Assembly: GCA_947626695.1 (NCBI GenBank)
Contig: CANQTE010000003.1
Coordinates: 1 to 54,970, forward strand
Direction: 5' to 3'
From: an uncultured Bacilli bacterium
GTDB lineage: Bacteria; Bacillota_I; Bacilli_A; RF39; UBA660
Length of the DNA stretch: 54,970 bases
The notes under the pieces were generated by a model. The model saw only the letters and a program-made list of their open reading frames with translations. It did not search any database and was not told the origin of the DNA. The position numbers and the translations under genes were made by a program. Shown here one piece after another: positions 31,074-43,435 of the stretch; position 1 is the first letter of the stretch, and each line of letters begins with the position of its first letter.

Positions 31074-31431
31074 TACTTATGAGTTTGAAGGTTTTCTAGA
31101 GTTAAGCGATATGTTAGAAAATTATATTAGTAAGGCTGATAATGTTATAGATGTTTTAGAAAGTGGAGCAAAAGAATTTATAAATGATGCTTTAAAATTA
31201 CCAAAGCCAATTTCTAAAATAAGAAAAGCAGGTTATACACACTTAATCAACACTTTTACATATAGAAAAAAAGCAAAAGAAATAGAAGCTGGTTGGGGAA
31301 AATATTATGGCCCTATGGTAGAAAACGGAACTGATAATATGAATGCAGTTCCTCATTTATATCCATTATGGGAAAAAAATAAAGAAAAATATTACAAAGT
31401 TATGATTACTAAATTAGGTTTAACGACTTAA
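31066..31431 (+). CDS. HK97 gp10-like neck protein
   Basis: GWGKYYGPMVENGT...PHLYP. Confidence 0.75.
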   Translation: MSNTYEFEGFLELSDMLENYISKADNVIDVLESGAKEFINDALKLPKPISKIRKAGYTHLINTFTYRKKAKEIEAGWGKYYGPMVENGTDNMNAVPHLYPLWEKNKEKYYKVMITKLGLTT

Positions 31432-31473
31432 TTTAGTATTTTTTAAAATTTTAAAAAGAAAGAAGGAATAGAA

Positions 31474-32109
31474 ATGTCAATAAAAACTAAAAAGCCAATG
31501 ATTAAAGAAACGGTTGGAGCAATGCACTATTGTTTTAATACAAAAGAACCTAAAGAAGATTTTGACCCAGAAAATTATGAAGAAGATGTTATAAAATGCA
31601 ATAATGTAAAAAATATAGGAACAACCGAAAATTCAGAAGCAACAACAGTAAGAGCAAGTGGAGCAGATTACGAAACAATTAACCAAGCTTCAAGTATTGA
31701 TATGGCAGTCGAAACAGTAGCTTTTGACCCAGAAGATTTGGCAAAAGCAAGAGGAGACGATATTTCAGACAAAGGAGGGCTAATGCTATCGGGAGCACCT
31801 TCAAGAAGACCATACTTTGCATTTGGAAAAGTAGTAAAGAAATTTGGTGGAGGGGTTCGATATGAATGGTATCCTAAATGTCAAGTAGTGGAAAACACAG
31901 ATGATATAGCAACATCTGAAGACACATTTTCAGAACAAAATGATACAATTACTATTAGAGCTTATGCTTTTAATGAAAATGGTCAAAAGAAAGCATATGT
32001 TGATAGTGAAACAGCAAACTTCCCAAAAGGATTAACTGAAGAGAAGTTCTTTGCAAAACCAATTCTAACTAAAGAGGATTTAGCAGCAGCCGTAGCACCA
32101 GTTATCTAA
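31474..32109 (+). CDS. Major tail protein
   Basis: RPYFAFGKVV...WYPKC; followed by a terminator. Confidence 0.8.
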   Translation: MSIKTKKPMIKETVGAMHYCFNTKEPKEDFDPENYEEDVIKCNNVKNIGTTENSEATTVRASGADYETINQASSIDMAVETVAFDPEDLAKARGDDISDKGGLMLSGAPSRRPYFAFGKVVKKFGGGVRYEWYPKCQVVENTDDIATSEDTFSEQNDTITIRAYAFNENGQKKAYVDSETANFPKGLTEEKFFAKPILTKEDLAAAVAPVI

Positions 32110-32166
32110 AAAAATGAGGCTCTAAAATCGATTTAGAGCCTTTTTTAAAATTTATTAAACAATTAT

Positions 32167-32508
32167 ATGGAGGAAAAAATGGAAATAGAATTAAAAAATG
32201 GAGAAATAATAACTTTAGAAGTATCTCCACTAATTTTAGAATATGTTGAAGAATATGAAGGTGGACAAAAGCAACTAGAAAAAGATGCACAAGGACAATT
32301 AGATAGTAACGGATATAGTAGAAGAATGCGAGCAACTAATCATCTAATTTATTCTGCAATTGCATCTAATTACAGTTCAAATTTAACATATAGACAAGCG
32401 GTGAAACTTGTGAAGTTAGAAGATATAGAAAAAATACTAACTTTTATAGCTCAAAATGTACCAGGACTAGAAAATATAAACAAAGGTCCAGCAAGTCATA
32501 GAATGTAA
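32167..32508 (+). CDS. Tail assembly chaperone (putative)
   Basis: Position between major tail and tape measure genes. Confidence 0.55.
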   Translation: MEEKMEIELKNGEIITLEVSPLILEYVEEYEGGQKQLEKDAQGQLDSNGYSRRMRATNHLIYSAIASNYSSNLTYRQAVKLVKLEDIEKILTFIAQNVPGLENINKGPASHRM

Positions 32509-32574
32509 TAAAAATAAGTTTATTCTTGCAATATTTTACAAAGCATTATAAAATATTAACAAGGAGGAAATTCA

Positions 32575-32967
32575 ATGAAAGAGTTAATAAAAAAGTGGTG
32601 GATTTGGTTAATAATAGTATTTATTATATTTGCATTAGTAATATTTCTTATAATTAATAAAAAAGAAGGTATGGGAACGGCTGGAATAAGCAAAGAAGAA
32701 TTTAATGAAATAAACTTAGGCATGACACAATTCGAAGTAAATTCTATTATAGATAAATTAAACGAATGGGATGATGACGAAATATACGATAAGTGTTGTC
32801 AAGAAATATCAAGTGTAGAAAAAGATGAAATATATACATATGTCTATAAATATCAAGGAGAAAATGGTGGTTATGCAATAATAACATATGAGATAGATTA
32901 CAGTAATGGTTACTATGGATTAGAATATCCAAAAGTTGTAAAAAAAGAAGTATATAATTTGAAATAA
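32575..32967 (+). CDS. Moron-type membrane-anchored protein
   Basis: KKWWIW plus TM; own TTGCAA-17-TAAAAT promoter and terminator (~32985-33013). Confidence 0.7.
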   Translation: MKELIKKWWIWLIIVFIIFALVIFLIINKKEGMGTAGISKEEFNEINLGMTQFEVNSIIDKLNEWDDDEIYDKCCQEISSVEKDEIYTYVYKYQGENGGYAIITYEIDYSNGYYGLEYPKVVKKEVYNLK

Positions 32968-33041
32968 ATTTTAATTAATTAAGTAAAGCATCAGTAAAAA
33001 TACTGGTGCTTTTATTATGCTCGAAAAGGAAGTGAAAAAAA

Positions 33042-36000
33042 GTGGCAAATGATTTAAAGCGTGTAGGCTTAGTTTTCAAAGAAGAAGGAGCAATAGACTT
33101 TAAAAAATCTTTACAAGAAATAAATATAGAAATGCAAAAGAACTATAATCAGTTTAAATTAACACAGGCACAATGGGATAGTTCTACGAAAACTACTGAA
33201 AAATTAAGAGCAGAGCAAGAATATTTAAAAAATGCTTATGAAATTCAAGAAGATAAAGTAAAAACTTTAAGAATGCAATTAAGTGATTTAGAAAATGCAG
33301 AAAATAAAAATACTACAGCAATTAAAAAGAAACAAAACGAACTAACAAACGCAGAGATTAAATTAGAAAGTTATAATAAAAAAATAAAAGAAATAGAGAG
33401 CCAATTAAATAATACAGGCAAAAAGATAGAAGAATTTGGGCAAAAAGCAGAAAGTGCTGGTGGAAAAATAGAAGGAGCAGGCAAGAAATTGTCTGCTTTT
33501 TCAGTAGCAACAACAACTGCTTTAGTAACTAGTGCAAAAAGTGCAATAGATTTTGAAGATGCTTTTACTGGTGTAGAAAAAACAGTTGATGGTACAGAAG
33601 AACAGATGGAAGAATTAAAACAAGGAATAAGAGATATGGCAAAGGAAATTCCATCTACAACAACAGAAATATCAGCAGTAGCAGAAGCAGCAGGACAATT
33701 AGGAATTAAAACAGAAGATATATTATCATTTACAAAAGTAATGATAGATTTAGGAAATTCTACTAACTTATCGGCTGAAGAAGCTGCTAGTTCTTTAGCA
33801 AAATTTGCAAATGTAACAAAAATGAATGCTAAAGATTATGATAAGTTGGGTTCTACAATTGTTGCTCTAGGAAATAATTTTGCTACTACAGAAGCGGATA
33901 TAGTATCTATGTCAACTAGATTAGCAGCAACAGGAGAATTAGCAGGTTTAAGCCAATCTCAAATATTGTCATTAGCAACTGCAATGTCTAGTGTAGGAAT
34001 TGAAGCAGAAGCAGGTGGCTCTGCAATGTCAAAATTATTAAAACAAATACAAGTAGCAGTAGAAACAGGTTCAGATGATTTAGATGATTTTGCAAAAGTT
34101 GCAGGAATGACGAGTAAAGAATTTAAAAAATCTTTTGAAAAAGATGCAGTAGAAGCATTAAGTGCTTTTATTACAGGATTAAATGATACAGAAAGAAACG
34201 GAAAATCAGCAATATCTATATTAAATGATATGGGAATAAAAGAAGTAAGATTATCTAATACAATTTTATCATTAGCAAATTCAAGCGATATAATGAACAA
34301 AGCTGTCAAACTAGGAAATGAAGCATGGGAAGATAACACCGCTTTAACAAATGAGGCAAATAAAAGATATGATACTTTAAAAAGTAAAATTACAATAGCT
34401 GTAAATAAATTAAAAGATATGACTATAACTGTTGGAAATAAATTAATGCCAACAATTGAAAAAATAATAACAGGATTAGGAAAATGGGTTGATAAATTTG
34501 AAAGCTTATCTGATGAACAAGTAGACATGATAGTAAAAATAGGATTAATTGTAGCAGCTATTGGACCACTACTAACTATTGTTGGAAAATTAACTTCTAC
34601 AATAGGTGGATTTGCTAAAGGAATAGGAATAGGAGTACAAGCAATAGGCGTAATGCAAGGAACAATAACTTCTACATCAACGGCAGTAAACAGTCTATCA
34701 AGTATATTTAGTGCAGTAACAAGCCCAATAGGACTAGCCTGTGGAGCAATAGCTTTAGCAGTAACAGGAATATCAATAGCTATGGCAAATGCAGAAAAAG
34801 ATTCTAAAGAAGCATTTTCTAATATTGGAACTGCTGCTTCAGACTTTATAACAGGAATAGATAACGCTCAATCACATCTAAATGCTTTCAACTCAGAATT
34901 ATTTGTATCTTCAGAAGAACAGCAAAAATTGCAAGAACAAATGAATGAAGTTCAAAAAGGCATTACTACAATTTGCAAGACAGCTTCAGAAGAAAGACGA
35001 AATTATACACAGCAAGAAATTACGCAATTAGATAAGTATTTTACAAAGTTAAGAGAATTAAATCAAAGAGAAATAGAAATACAGCAACAAATAGCTGGAG
35101 CAATAACTCAACAAGCTGTTACAAATGCAGAAACTTTTCAGGGAAGTTTAGAAGAATACAAAATACAATCACAAGAATGGTTAAAAACAGCAGAAGAACA
35201 AAAAAACAAAACAATAGAATTAATAAACAATCAAACAATAGAAGAAGTAGCTTTGTTAAATACTAGATATGCAACAGAAGAAGCAAGACAAACAGAAGAA
35301 TATAAAAAAGAATATGAAAGAATAATTGCACAAAAGGATGAGAAAATAGCACAAGCTAATCAAGAAGTTGCAGAAATTAGTAAAGTCTATGCAAATGGTT
35401 ATTTAGAAAGAAGCAGCCAAGAAGATGGATGGTATACAAAACTTAAAGAATACAATCAAAAGATAGAAGAAGAAAATCAAAGAAATGTAGATACTTTAGA
35501 AAATATTCAAAATAATCATCTGCTAACTCAATATAACAAAAATCTTAGTGCATCTCAAGAAAATTATAGACATGAGGCAGAAATGAAAAAAATATGGGAT
35601 AAGATGTATAAAGATATGGATGAAAGTCAAGAAAAGCAACTAGGTGTATGGCTTGCGCAAGTGGCACAAACAGAATTATATGGTGGAAAAATAGATGAAA
35701 AAACAAAGAAAATTGTAGATTCTATAATGTCTAGTTATGATTCGATGCCTAAAAAGACTAAAGAAGCAATGAAAAATGCAATGGAACCAATGTTAACAGA
35801 AATGAAAAACAAAGAGCCTAGTTTATTTTCAAAAGCATCTAGTATAGCACAAGGTATTTTAACAAGATTAAAAAAAGCATTTGATATACATTCTCCTTCT
35901 AAAAAAACAAAAGCAATATTTAAAAATGTAATGAAGCGGAATGGAAAAGGGAATTGAAGAGGAAGAAGAAAATCTATATAAACAAACTGATGAAGTAGCG

Positions 36001-36234
36001 AATAATATATTAGATTCTTTACGAGAAATTGAACCTAATAATCATGAAATTGTACCTGCCAAAAACTCTGAGGAAAAAAATGCAGTTTTATATAAAGACA
36101 GAGAAATAGACTACGATAAATTATTTAATATTTTATATCAAGCATTTTTAAAAGCATTAAATTCTTGCAAATTAACTCTAGATGAAGATGGCTTTGTAAA
36201 AATAGTAAAAGATGAACTATATAAGGTGGTGTGA
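33042..36234 (+). CDS. Tape measure protein (TP901-type), joined by CGG skip at 35937 (1063 aa)
   Basis: FEDAFTGVEKT, GSAMSK and FDIHSPSK motifs; AAG-C-GGA-ATG joins ORF 35941-36234. Confidence 0.9.
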
Positions 36235-39200
36235 TAATGTTTAAATTCAAAGGAATATCAAGTAATGATATGCAAGTAGTAGTTGAAGAAGAAGAGCATT
36301 TTGTTGCAAAAGCGGCACAAAGATATGAAGCAACAGAAATAGAAGGTAAAGATGGAGCTTTATTCGATACATCAGGATATTCATATGTAGAAAGACCTAT
36401 TTTGGTTCAATGTTTAAATATTAATAAAATAGACGATATTTTAGCTTGGCTCAATGGAGAAGGAGAATTTGAATATAAAGGAAGGAAAACAATAGCACGA
36501 TTTTATAGTGAATTAGACCCCAAAAGGAGTGCTTGCATACGAATAATTGATACAACATTTATAAGAGATCCTTTTTGGAATAAAGCAAATGATGAATTTG
36601 AAATTGTAAAAGACAGGAAAGATAAACAAGTTAGTGGAGAATACATACAATTAAATGATAGTAGTAATATGCCATATGAAGATTTTAAAATAAATGGTAA
36701 GAGTGAGCAAGAAACAAGAGAAGAAATACCAATGCAAGAAACAGATGAAGAAAAAATATTAACTGTAAGAGATGTAAATGTTATAAATAGATTACAAATT
36801 AGTGGAAATAGTTGGCAGAAAATTAACGACCAAGGGAAAAATCTTTTAAAAGATGATGACCCAGAAAATCCAGATGCAAACTATTCAGATTCAGGAGGTG
36901 GAACTACACCAGTAACATATAGTGTAGAAAATGAAGGTTTTACAACAGAAATTCATAGAGCAAAAAAATTTTTTCCAAAAGAAGTAGGTACATATATGTT
37001 TAGTATATATCTTAAAGACAAACCAGAAACAGTAACTTCAACAAGTTTAAGGGTTGTTTTATATTTTCCAAATGCTCATGGCATAGGCAGCAATCCACCT
37101 ATTTCTAATTCTGAATATCAAAGATATTATATTAAAATTGAAATCACTGAAGAAAATATTGAAACAGGTATAAATATTGTATTTCATGGGAATGTATATT
37201 GGAAAGATATGATGCTAGAAAAAATAGATAGTTTAACAGATGAACCTACAGAATATGAACCATATATTCCTGCTATGCCATCACCTGAATTTCCAAGTGA
37301 AATTAGAAACTGTGGGGATAATGTGAATTTGTTTGATAAAGAAAAAGCAATGAGAGGATATGAATTAGATAATACTACTGGGGAGGTAGTACAGAATGCA
37401 GCAGGATTCGTATCAGATTATATTAATGTTAAAGGAATAAAAAATATCCACATAACTAAAGTCAGCGATTGGGGTTCATCAAATTGGTTTTATGATGAAA
37501 ATAAAAAGCCAATATCAAAAATATCTAAAATGTATGGGGATTTAGAAGTTCCAATAGGTTCTTCTTATTATAGATTCAATAGTAGAATAAATGATATTGA
37601 TAATGTTAAAGTAGAAAAAGGCAAAAAAGCAACACCATATAGTGAATATGGTAAAGGTACAGTAGAAGTTATACAAAGGGGGAAAAACTTAATAGATATA
37701 ACAAAACATACAAATGATTTAGAAGCTGCAGTTACAATTATAGACAGTAATAAATATACGTTAAATTTAGACGAGCTAGGAGAAAACAAAAAATGGCAAG
37801 GAGTAGTTGATGTAAATTTTAATAATTTAGAAAAAAATACTGAATATGTTATCAGCTTTGATTTTAATAATACTAAACCTTATGGAATTGTAAAAGGCGA
37901 TAATAATACTATAATTGAGCATTATATTGATGGATATCCTGACGGACTGTCTTTCAATACAGGAGAATATGAAAATATATTAATAAGAATTTCAGCCACA
38001 GGAGGAATTGATACCGAAAAGTTAACTGGAATAGCGACGATTTCAAATGTTCAACTTGAAAAAGGTATTACAAAAACTACATTTGAACCATATCATGGAA
38101 AAGAAGTAGTAATTCAAACTGAACCATTACGCAGCTTACCAAGTGAAGTACGTGATGTTAAAAATAAAGATAAAACAACTAGAAATGTTGGTTATAAAGA
38201 ATTTGATGGAACAGAAAATTCTTGGGCAATATCTAATACTATCTACTACCGTTATCCTATTGGCATTAATATTCTAGAAATAGATAATTGTTTAGAATGG
38301 CAAAATATTGATGACAATAAATTGTATGGAGAAGGCAATCTTCTTTGTAATAGATTTATATATGAAAATACAAATGAAAGTGCTTATTCATCTTTACATA
38401 AATTTACAATGAGAAAAAGTTATGGGATTGCAACACTATGGTTTTATATTCCAAAAACATTCTTCACAGCTACAACAGCAGATGAAATATTAGCTGAGTG
38501 GAAAGCAAAATTGGTTGAATGGAAAGAAGAAGGAAATCCTTTAAAAATATGTTATAAGTTAGCAGAACCAATTATAGAAGAAGAATCTTGTGAAGAATTA
38601 GCAAATATTGAAATATATAATCCTATGACTATATTTAGTGATGATGAAATATCTCCATATTTTAAATTATATTATAATTATATTCCTGCAATGCCATCTC
38701 CAGAAGCTCCAAGCGAGATAAGAAGTGTAGCTGATGATGTAAATGAGTTTAATCCTAATGAAGAATTGTCAAACGGATATAAAGCTTTTTATGCTAAAGA
38801 AAGTGTTTCTAGCTCTGACATTGGAAATAATATATTTCAGCATTATGCTCAAAATACTAGATGTAAAGCTTATTTTAGAATAAAAGCAGGACAAACTAGA
38901 GTATTTAAACTGTTTAAAGAAAATTATAAAATTTTTGCAGCACGATATGCAAATGAAGAAGGTGTCATAGAAGACAGAATTGCTTTTATAGATAATAGTT
39001 CAAAGGTATGTAAATATACAGCAACTAAAGATGGATATGTATTTTTATCTTTAGTAAAACTAGACGGTTCTGTTTTTACAGATGAAGAAGCGGAGAACTT
39101 AAAAAATAATATAAAAATTTGTGAAAAAGAACCTGTTTCCTATAGTGAATATGGTAAAGGTACAGTAGAAGTAACAAATTGTAATAGAAATTTAGGTAAT

Positions 39201-40472
39201 GCAGACTTATTGTTTAAACAAATGAAAGAATTTGATTCTAATAATTGTAGAGAAGAAATTGTAGACAATAGAAATTGTATAGTATTTAGTAATTGGGCAT
39301 ATCACTCTGGAGGAGGTTTTAGGGGCTTACAAGGAAGATATAAAGAAAATACTCAATATAGATTAAAATTTAAGGCTAGACCTTATGATACAAGTGTTTT
39401 AAATAATGGTCTTTTTATTGTATTTAATTATACTGACAATACTTACAAAAACGCAGGTTGGAGGGTAAATGGAGAAAATTGGATTGAAAACGAATTAATA
39501 TCAGATCCTAATAAAACAATTGATTATATATCAACTAGTTATTCAAGCAATATTTTTTGGTGTATGGATAAAGATACTTTTATTATAGAAGAATATATAG
39601 AAGGACAAGAAACAGAATATATACCAAATGAAGAGCAAAATATAGTAATTCAAACTAAGCCATTATGCAGTTTGCCAAATGGAGTATGTGATGTTAAAGA
39701 TAAAGATAAAACTGTTAGAAATGTTGGAAGAATTGTATTAGATGGTATTAATAATCAAGTCAGCTTTGCAAAAACAGATAACTCAACTTTTATTATTGCA
39801 AGCCATATTAATTCAAAAATAAAAAAATTATCTGACGATAATCAATTAGCTGCTATGAGTAACAAATTAATTGCAACTACTATCAATAATATATGGAGTG
39901 GAAAAGTAATAGGAGGAGTAGCACAAGGAAGTAATAATCCATATATTCAAATAAGTTTACCATATTTAGATATAATAGGAACTACTAATGAATCAATTAA
40001 TAAATGGTTATCAACTAACCCAATTACAGTAGACTACGAACTAGCAGAACCAATTATAGAAGCAGAACCTTGTGAAGAACTTTTAAATATTGGAGGCTAT
40101 AAAGGTGTTACAAACATAACATCAGGCGGAGAAGTAAAACCTAATTTAGATGTGAGATATATACAGTTGACAGATGAATTAATTTTAAACATCGGCAATA
40201 TTGAAAGTAGACCAATTATACGATTAAGAAGAACTATATTTGATTTAGTAGAATTAACAATAAATAATATAAGGTTTATATATCATTTTAATAACGATGA
40301 TTATGTAGATATCGATTGCAAAGAAAAAACAGTAGAATATAAAGGAATAAATAGAAATAGACAGATAGAAATAGGATACGAATTTCCTAAATTAAATATA
40401 GGAAATAATAAAATTATTATGCACAGGGGAGATTGTATTGTAGAAATAAAAGGAAAGGACAGATGGCTATGA
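36231..40472 (+). CDS. Large evolved distal tail (Dit)-like protein with duplicated internal modules
   Basis: Dit-like N- and C-termini (MFKFKGISS...; FPKLNIGNNKI...DRWL) around repeated inserts. Confidence 0.75.
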   Translation: MIMFKFKGISSNDMQVVVEEEEHFVAKAAQRYEATEIEGKDGALFDTSGYSYVERPILVQCLNINKIDDILAWLNGEGEFEYKGRKTIARFYSELDPKRSACIRIIDTTFIRDPFWNKANDEFEIVKDRKDKQVSGEYIQLNDSSNMPYEDFKINGKSEQETREEIPMQETDEEKILTVRDVNVINRLQISGNSWQKINDQGKNLLKDDDPENPDANYSDSGGGTTPVTYSVENEGFTTEIHRAKKFFPKEVGTYMFSIYLKDKPETVTSTSLRVVLYFPNAHGIGSNPPISNSEYQRYYIKIEITEENIETGINIVFHGNVYWKDMMLEKIDSLTDEPTEYEPYIPAMPSPEFPSEIRNCGDNVNLFDKEKAMRGYELDNTTGEVVQNAAGFVSDYINVKGIKNIHITKVSDWGSSNWFYDENKKPISKISKMYGDLEVPIGSSYYRFNSRINDIDNVKVEKGKKATPYSEYGKGTVEVIQRGKNLIDITKHTNDLEAAVTIIDSNKYTLNLDELGENKKWQGVVDVNFNNLEKNTEYVISFDFNNTKPYGIVKGDNNTIIEHYIDGYPDGLSFNTGEYENILIRISATGGIDTEKLTGIATISNVQLEKGITKTTFEPYHGKEVVIQTEPLRSLPSEVRDVKNKDKTTRNVGYKEFDGTENSWAISNTIYYRYPIGINILEIDNCLEWQNIDDNKLYGEGNLLCNRFIYENTNESAYSSLHKFTMRKSYGIATLWFYIPKTFFTATTADEILAEWKAKLVEWKEEGNPLKICYKLAEPIIEEESCEELANIEIYNPMTIFSDDEISPYFKLYYNYIPAMPSPEAPSEIRSVADDVNEFNPNEELSNGYKAFYAKESVSSSDIGNNIFQHYAQNTRCKAYFRIKAGQTRVFKLFKENYKIFAARYANEEGVIEDRIAFIDNSSKVCKYTATKDGYVFLSLVKLDGSVFTDEEAENLKNNIKICEKEPVSYSEYGKGTVEVTNCNRNLGNADLLFKQMKEFDSNNCREEIVDNRNCIVFSNWAYHSGGGFRGLQGRYKENTQYRLKFKARPYDTSVLNNGLFIVFNYTDNTYKNAGWRVNGENWIENELISDPNKTIDYISTSYSSNIFWCMDKDTFIIEEYIEGQETEYIPNEEQNIVIQTKPLCSLPNGVCDVKDKDKTVRNVGRIVLDGINNQVSFAKTDNSTFIIASHINSKIKKLSDDNQLAAMSNKLIATTINNIWSGKVIGGVAQGSNNPYIQISLPYLDIIGTTNESINKWLSTNPITVDYELAEPIIEAEPCEELLNIGGYKGVTNITSGGEVKPNLDVRYIQLTDELILNIGNIESRPIIRLRRTIFDLVELTINNIRFIYHFNNDDYVDIDCKEKTVEYKGINRNRQIEIGYEFPKLNIGNNKIIMHRGDCIVEIKGKDRWL

Positions 40473-43223
40473 TTAAAATATTTAATTCTGAAGATAGAGA
40501 TTTCAGCACAGCAGGAAATATTATAATTGATTCGGCTAAATGTTCGGAGACTAAAAAGAAATCATTAAATGGATGGTTTATTGAAGTTGAATTGCCCATA
40601 AAATATAAAGAATATATTGAAAAAGATAAGTTATGCGTAGTTCAAACAAAATCTAAATTAAGGCCACAAGCATTTAGAATTGGAGAGAATATAGAATATA
40701 CAAATAGAAAAATAAAGTTTACTGCAAATCATGTAATGTTTGATGCAAAAGATTATATATTAGTAGATGTAAGGCCAACTGAAAAAGACGGTATTAATAC
40801 TTTAAATTATATAAATGAAAGGACTGATAAAACCAGTCCTTTTAATATGTTTTCCAATGTACAAAATACAAATACTGCATATTTTATAAGGAAAAATTTA
40901 TTAGAAGCTTGGCAAACTGTTGAAAAAAGATGGAATGGTGTATTTGATGCTGATAACTGGGATATTAGTTTTCTTCAAAAAGTAGGACATGATAATGGAG
41001 AAAGTGTAATATATGGTAAAAATATGCAGTCTATGGAGATTTTTGAAGATTGGTCAGGAGTATGTACAAGAATATATCCTGTAGGTTACGATGGAATTAC
41101 TTTACCAGAAAAGTTTATAGATAGTGATGTTCAATATGAAAAGCCTTATTCTAGGGTAATTGATTTTCAAACCAATTTAGAACAAGAAGAGCAAACAGAA
41201 GAAAAGCTAATAGAAGAATTAAGAGAAAATGCTCAAAAATATCTAGAACAAAATAAATATCCAAAAGTAAGTTATACCATAGTATCTAACATTAATAATA
41301 AAATGGAAATAGGCGATACAATTCAAGTACTACATCCTTTAGTAACAGTTATGACTGAAGTTATAGAGTATCAATATGACATTACCTCAAAAAAGATAAA
41401 ATCATTAACATTTGGGAATTATACAAGAGATGTCAAAGCAAAATTTGACAACATTAAAGAAACTATAAATACACTTAATCAGCAGTTGTCTAAACAGGAT
41501 ATTGTAATAAAGCAACAAACCGATTTGATAAACTCACTTAACAAAAATGGATATGTGTATATAGATGACAATGAAATCTTAATTTTAGATGCATTACCAA
41601 AAGAAAAAGCAAAAAATGTGTGGAGATTTGGTTTAGGTGGAATAGGTTTTAGCTCAAATGGATATGAAGGACCTTTTGAAACTGCAATAACAATGGACGG
41701 ACAAATAAACGCAAAATTTATAACAACTGGTACAATGTCAGTAAATAGAATAGAAGGACTTTCGAATACATTAAATGGACTTGAAAGTTCTATTGAATTA
41801 AATAAAGGCAATATAACAATGTTAGTAGAACAGCAAGACAAAACCTCAAAAAAATTGGAAAATGACTATTATACAAAAACTGAAACAGATTCACAAATAA
41901 CATTAGAATCCGATAATATAAAAAGCGAAGTAAAAGGAATTTATTCAACTAAAAATGAATTAGGAGAAACTAAAAAAGACTTAACTGCATTATTGGAATT
42001 AAAACTTAACAAAGTCGATTTAATAAGTGAAATAAACGCAAGTGCTGATATTATTAGAATGGCAGCGGGCAAATTTATTTTTACTGGAAGTAATTTTTCA
42101 TTAGATGAAAACGGAAAAATAACAGCGACAGCAGGGAAAATAGGTGGATTTAATTTAAGTTCTTCTGAATTTACGGGTAATTTAAGTGGTATTTATGATT
42201 ATAATCTTTTTGACTTAATGTTTGTTGTAGGATTATCAGTTGAATTTTTTACTATTCCTTATAATTTAACAAATATCTTAGATGTAAATGGAGATGGCCA
42301 AGCTGACATGTTAGATGCTTCAGCAATACAAAATATAATTCAAGGAACAAAAACAAATTCTAAAAATGTTTCTGGAACATTTAAAATTAATTCAAGAGAC
42401 CCTAAGAATTGTATTTCAATTGAAAAAGATGGTGAAGTTGTTGTTGGATTAGGGGTAGGAGGAATAAATACAAGCATGTTGTTAGCCGAAACTATTATCT
42501 GTGGCTATAGTTCAGGAACTAATATAAATTACTGTAACTTAATAATAATGAATAGTAGAGATGGTGAAATATCTTTTATTACTAATGGTAGTAATCAAAA
42601 AAACACTAGAATAAGCTCTAATAAAATAAGTACTCAAGAAATATCTGTACGGAAATGTTAGAATAGAAGATTCATCAATAACAACACCCAGAATAATTCT
42701 ATCAGGAAGTAATTCTGAAGCATTAGCTTCAGGAACTAATACAAATTATATTGGAACTGGTAGTGAATATAGTGGAATAACAACAAGTTTAAGAGGAAAT
42801 ACAGTTAGACTTTATGCACATACTGGAGGGGTTTATTTAGGCTATAGTGGAAGTACAGCTGTAACATCAGATGAAACTCAAAAAGACATATATGAAATAG
42901 ATGATAAATATGTGGATTTCTTTGATAAATTAAAGCCTATTACTTATATATATAAAGAAAGAGGACATAGAAACCATATAGGATTTGGTGCAAGACAAGT
43001 TGAAAAAGCATTACTTGAATCAGGTTTAACTACAGAACAATTTGCAGGAATTTTAAAAGATAAAGATATTACAATATCAGCAGATGAAATGGGAACAAAA
43101 GAGGATATACATTTTGACGAATTATATTCACTAAGATATGAAGAATTTATAGCTTTAAATACTTTAATGATTCAAAAACTACAAAGAAGAATAGAAACTT
43201 TAGAAAAAGCAAAGGAGCAATAA
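40463..43223 (+). CDS. Tail endopeptidase/spike with C-terminal S74 chaperone-like domain, joined by CGG skip at 42650 (919 aa)
   Basis: Phage minor structural N-terminus; GTA-C-GGA opens a stop-free frame into SDETQK...LKPITY...GFGARQVE...LRYEEFIA. Confidence 0.8.
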
Positions 43224-43225
43224 AA

Positions 43226-43414
43226 ATGGAAGAGTTGATTATAAAAGAAAAAGAATTCAGAGAAAAAATAGTAGAATTAATTAATAATTCTGGAATACCA
43301 GCAATAATGATAAAACCTATACTTAAAGAACTTTATGAACAATTAAATGTTTTAGAAGTACAACAATATAACAAAGCAATAGATAAACAAAAAAAATCAA
43401 AAGAGGAAAAATAA
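43226..43414 (+). CDS. Hypothetical phage protein
   Basis: AAGGAG RBS. Confidence 0.55.
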   Translation: MEELIIKEKEFREKIVELINNSGIPAIMIKPILKELYEQLNVLEVQQYNKAIDKQKKSKEEK

Positions 43415-43435
43415 GTATTGTTATAGGAGGTAATA

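Noticed and set aside
36231-43223. Diversity-generating retroelement target in tail genes
   Set aside because: No reverse transcriptase in the window, and the repeats are not an adenine-specific TR/VR pair.
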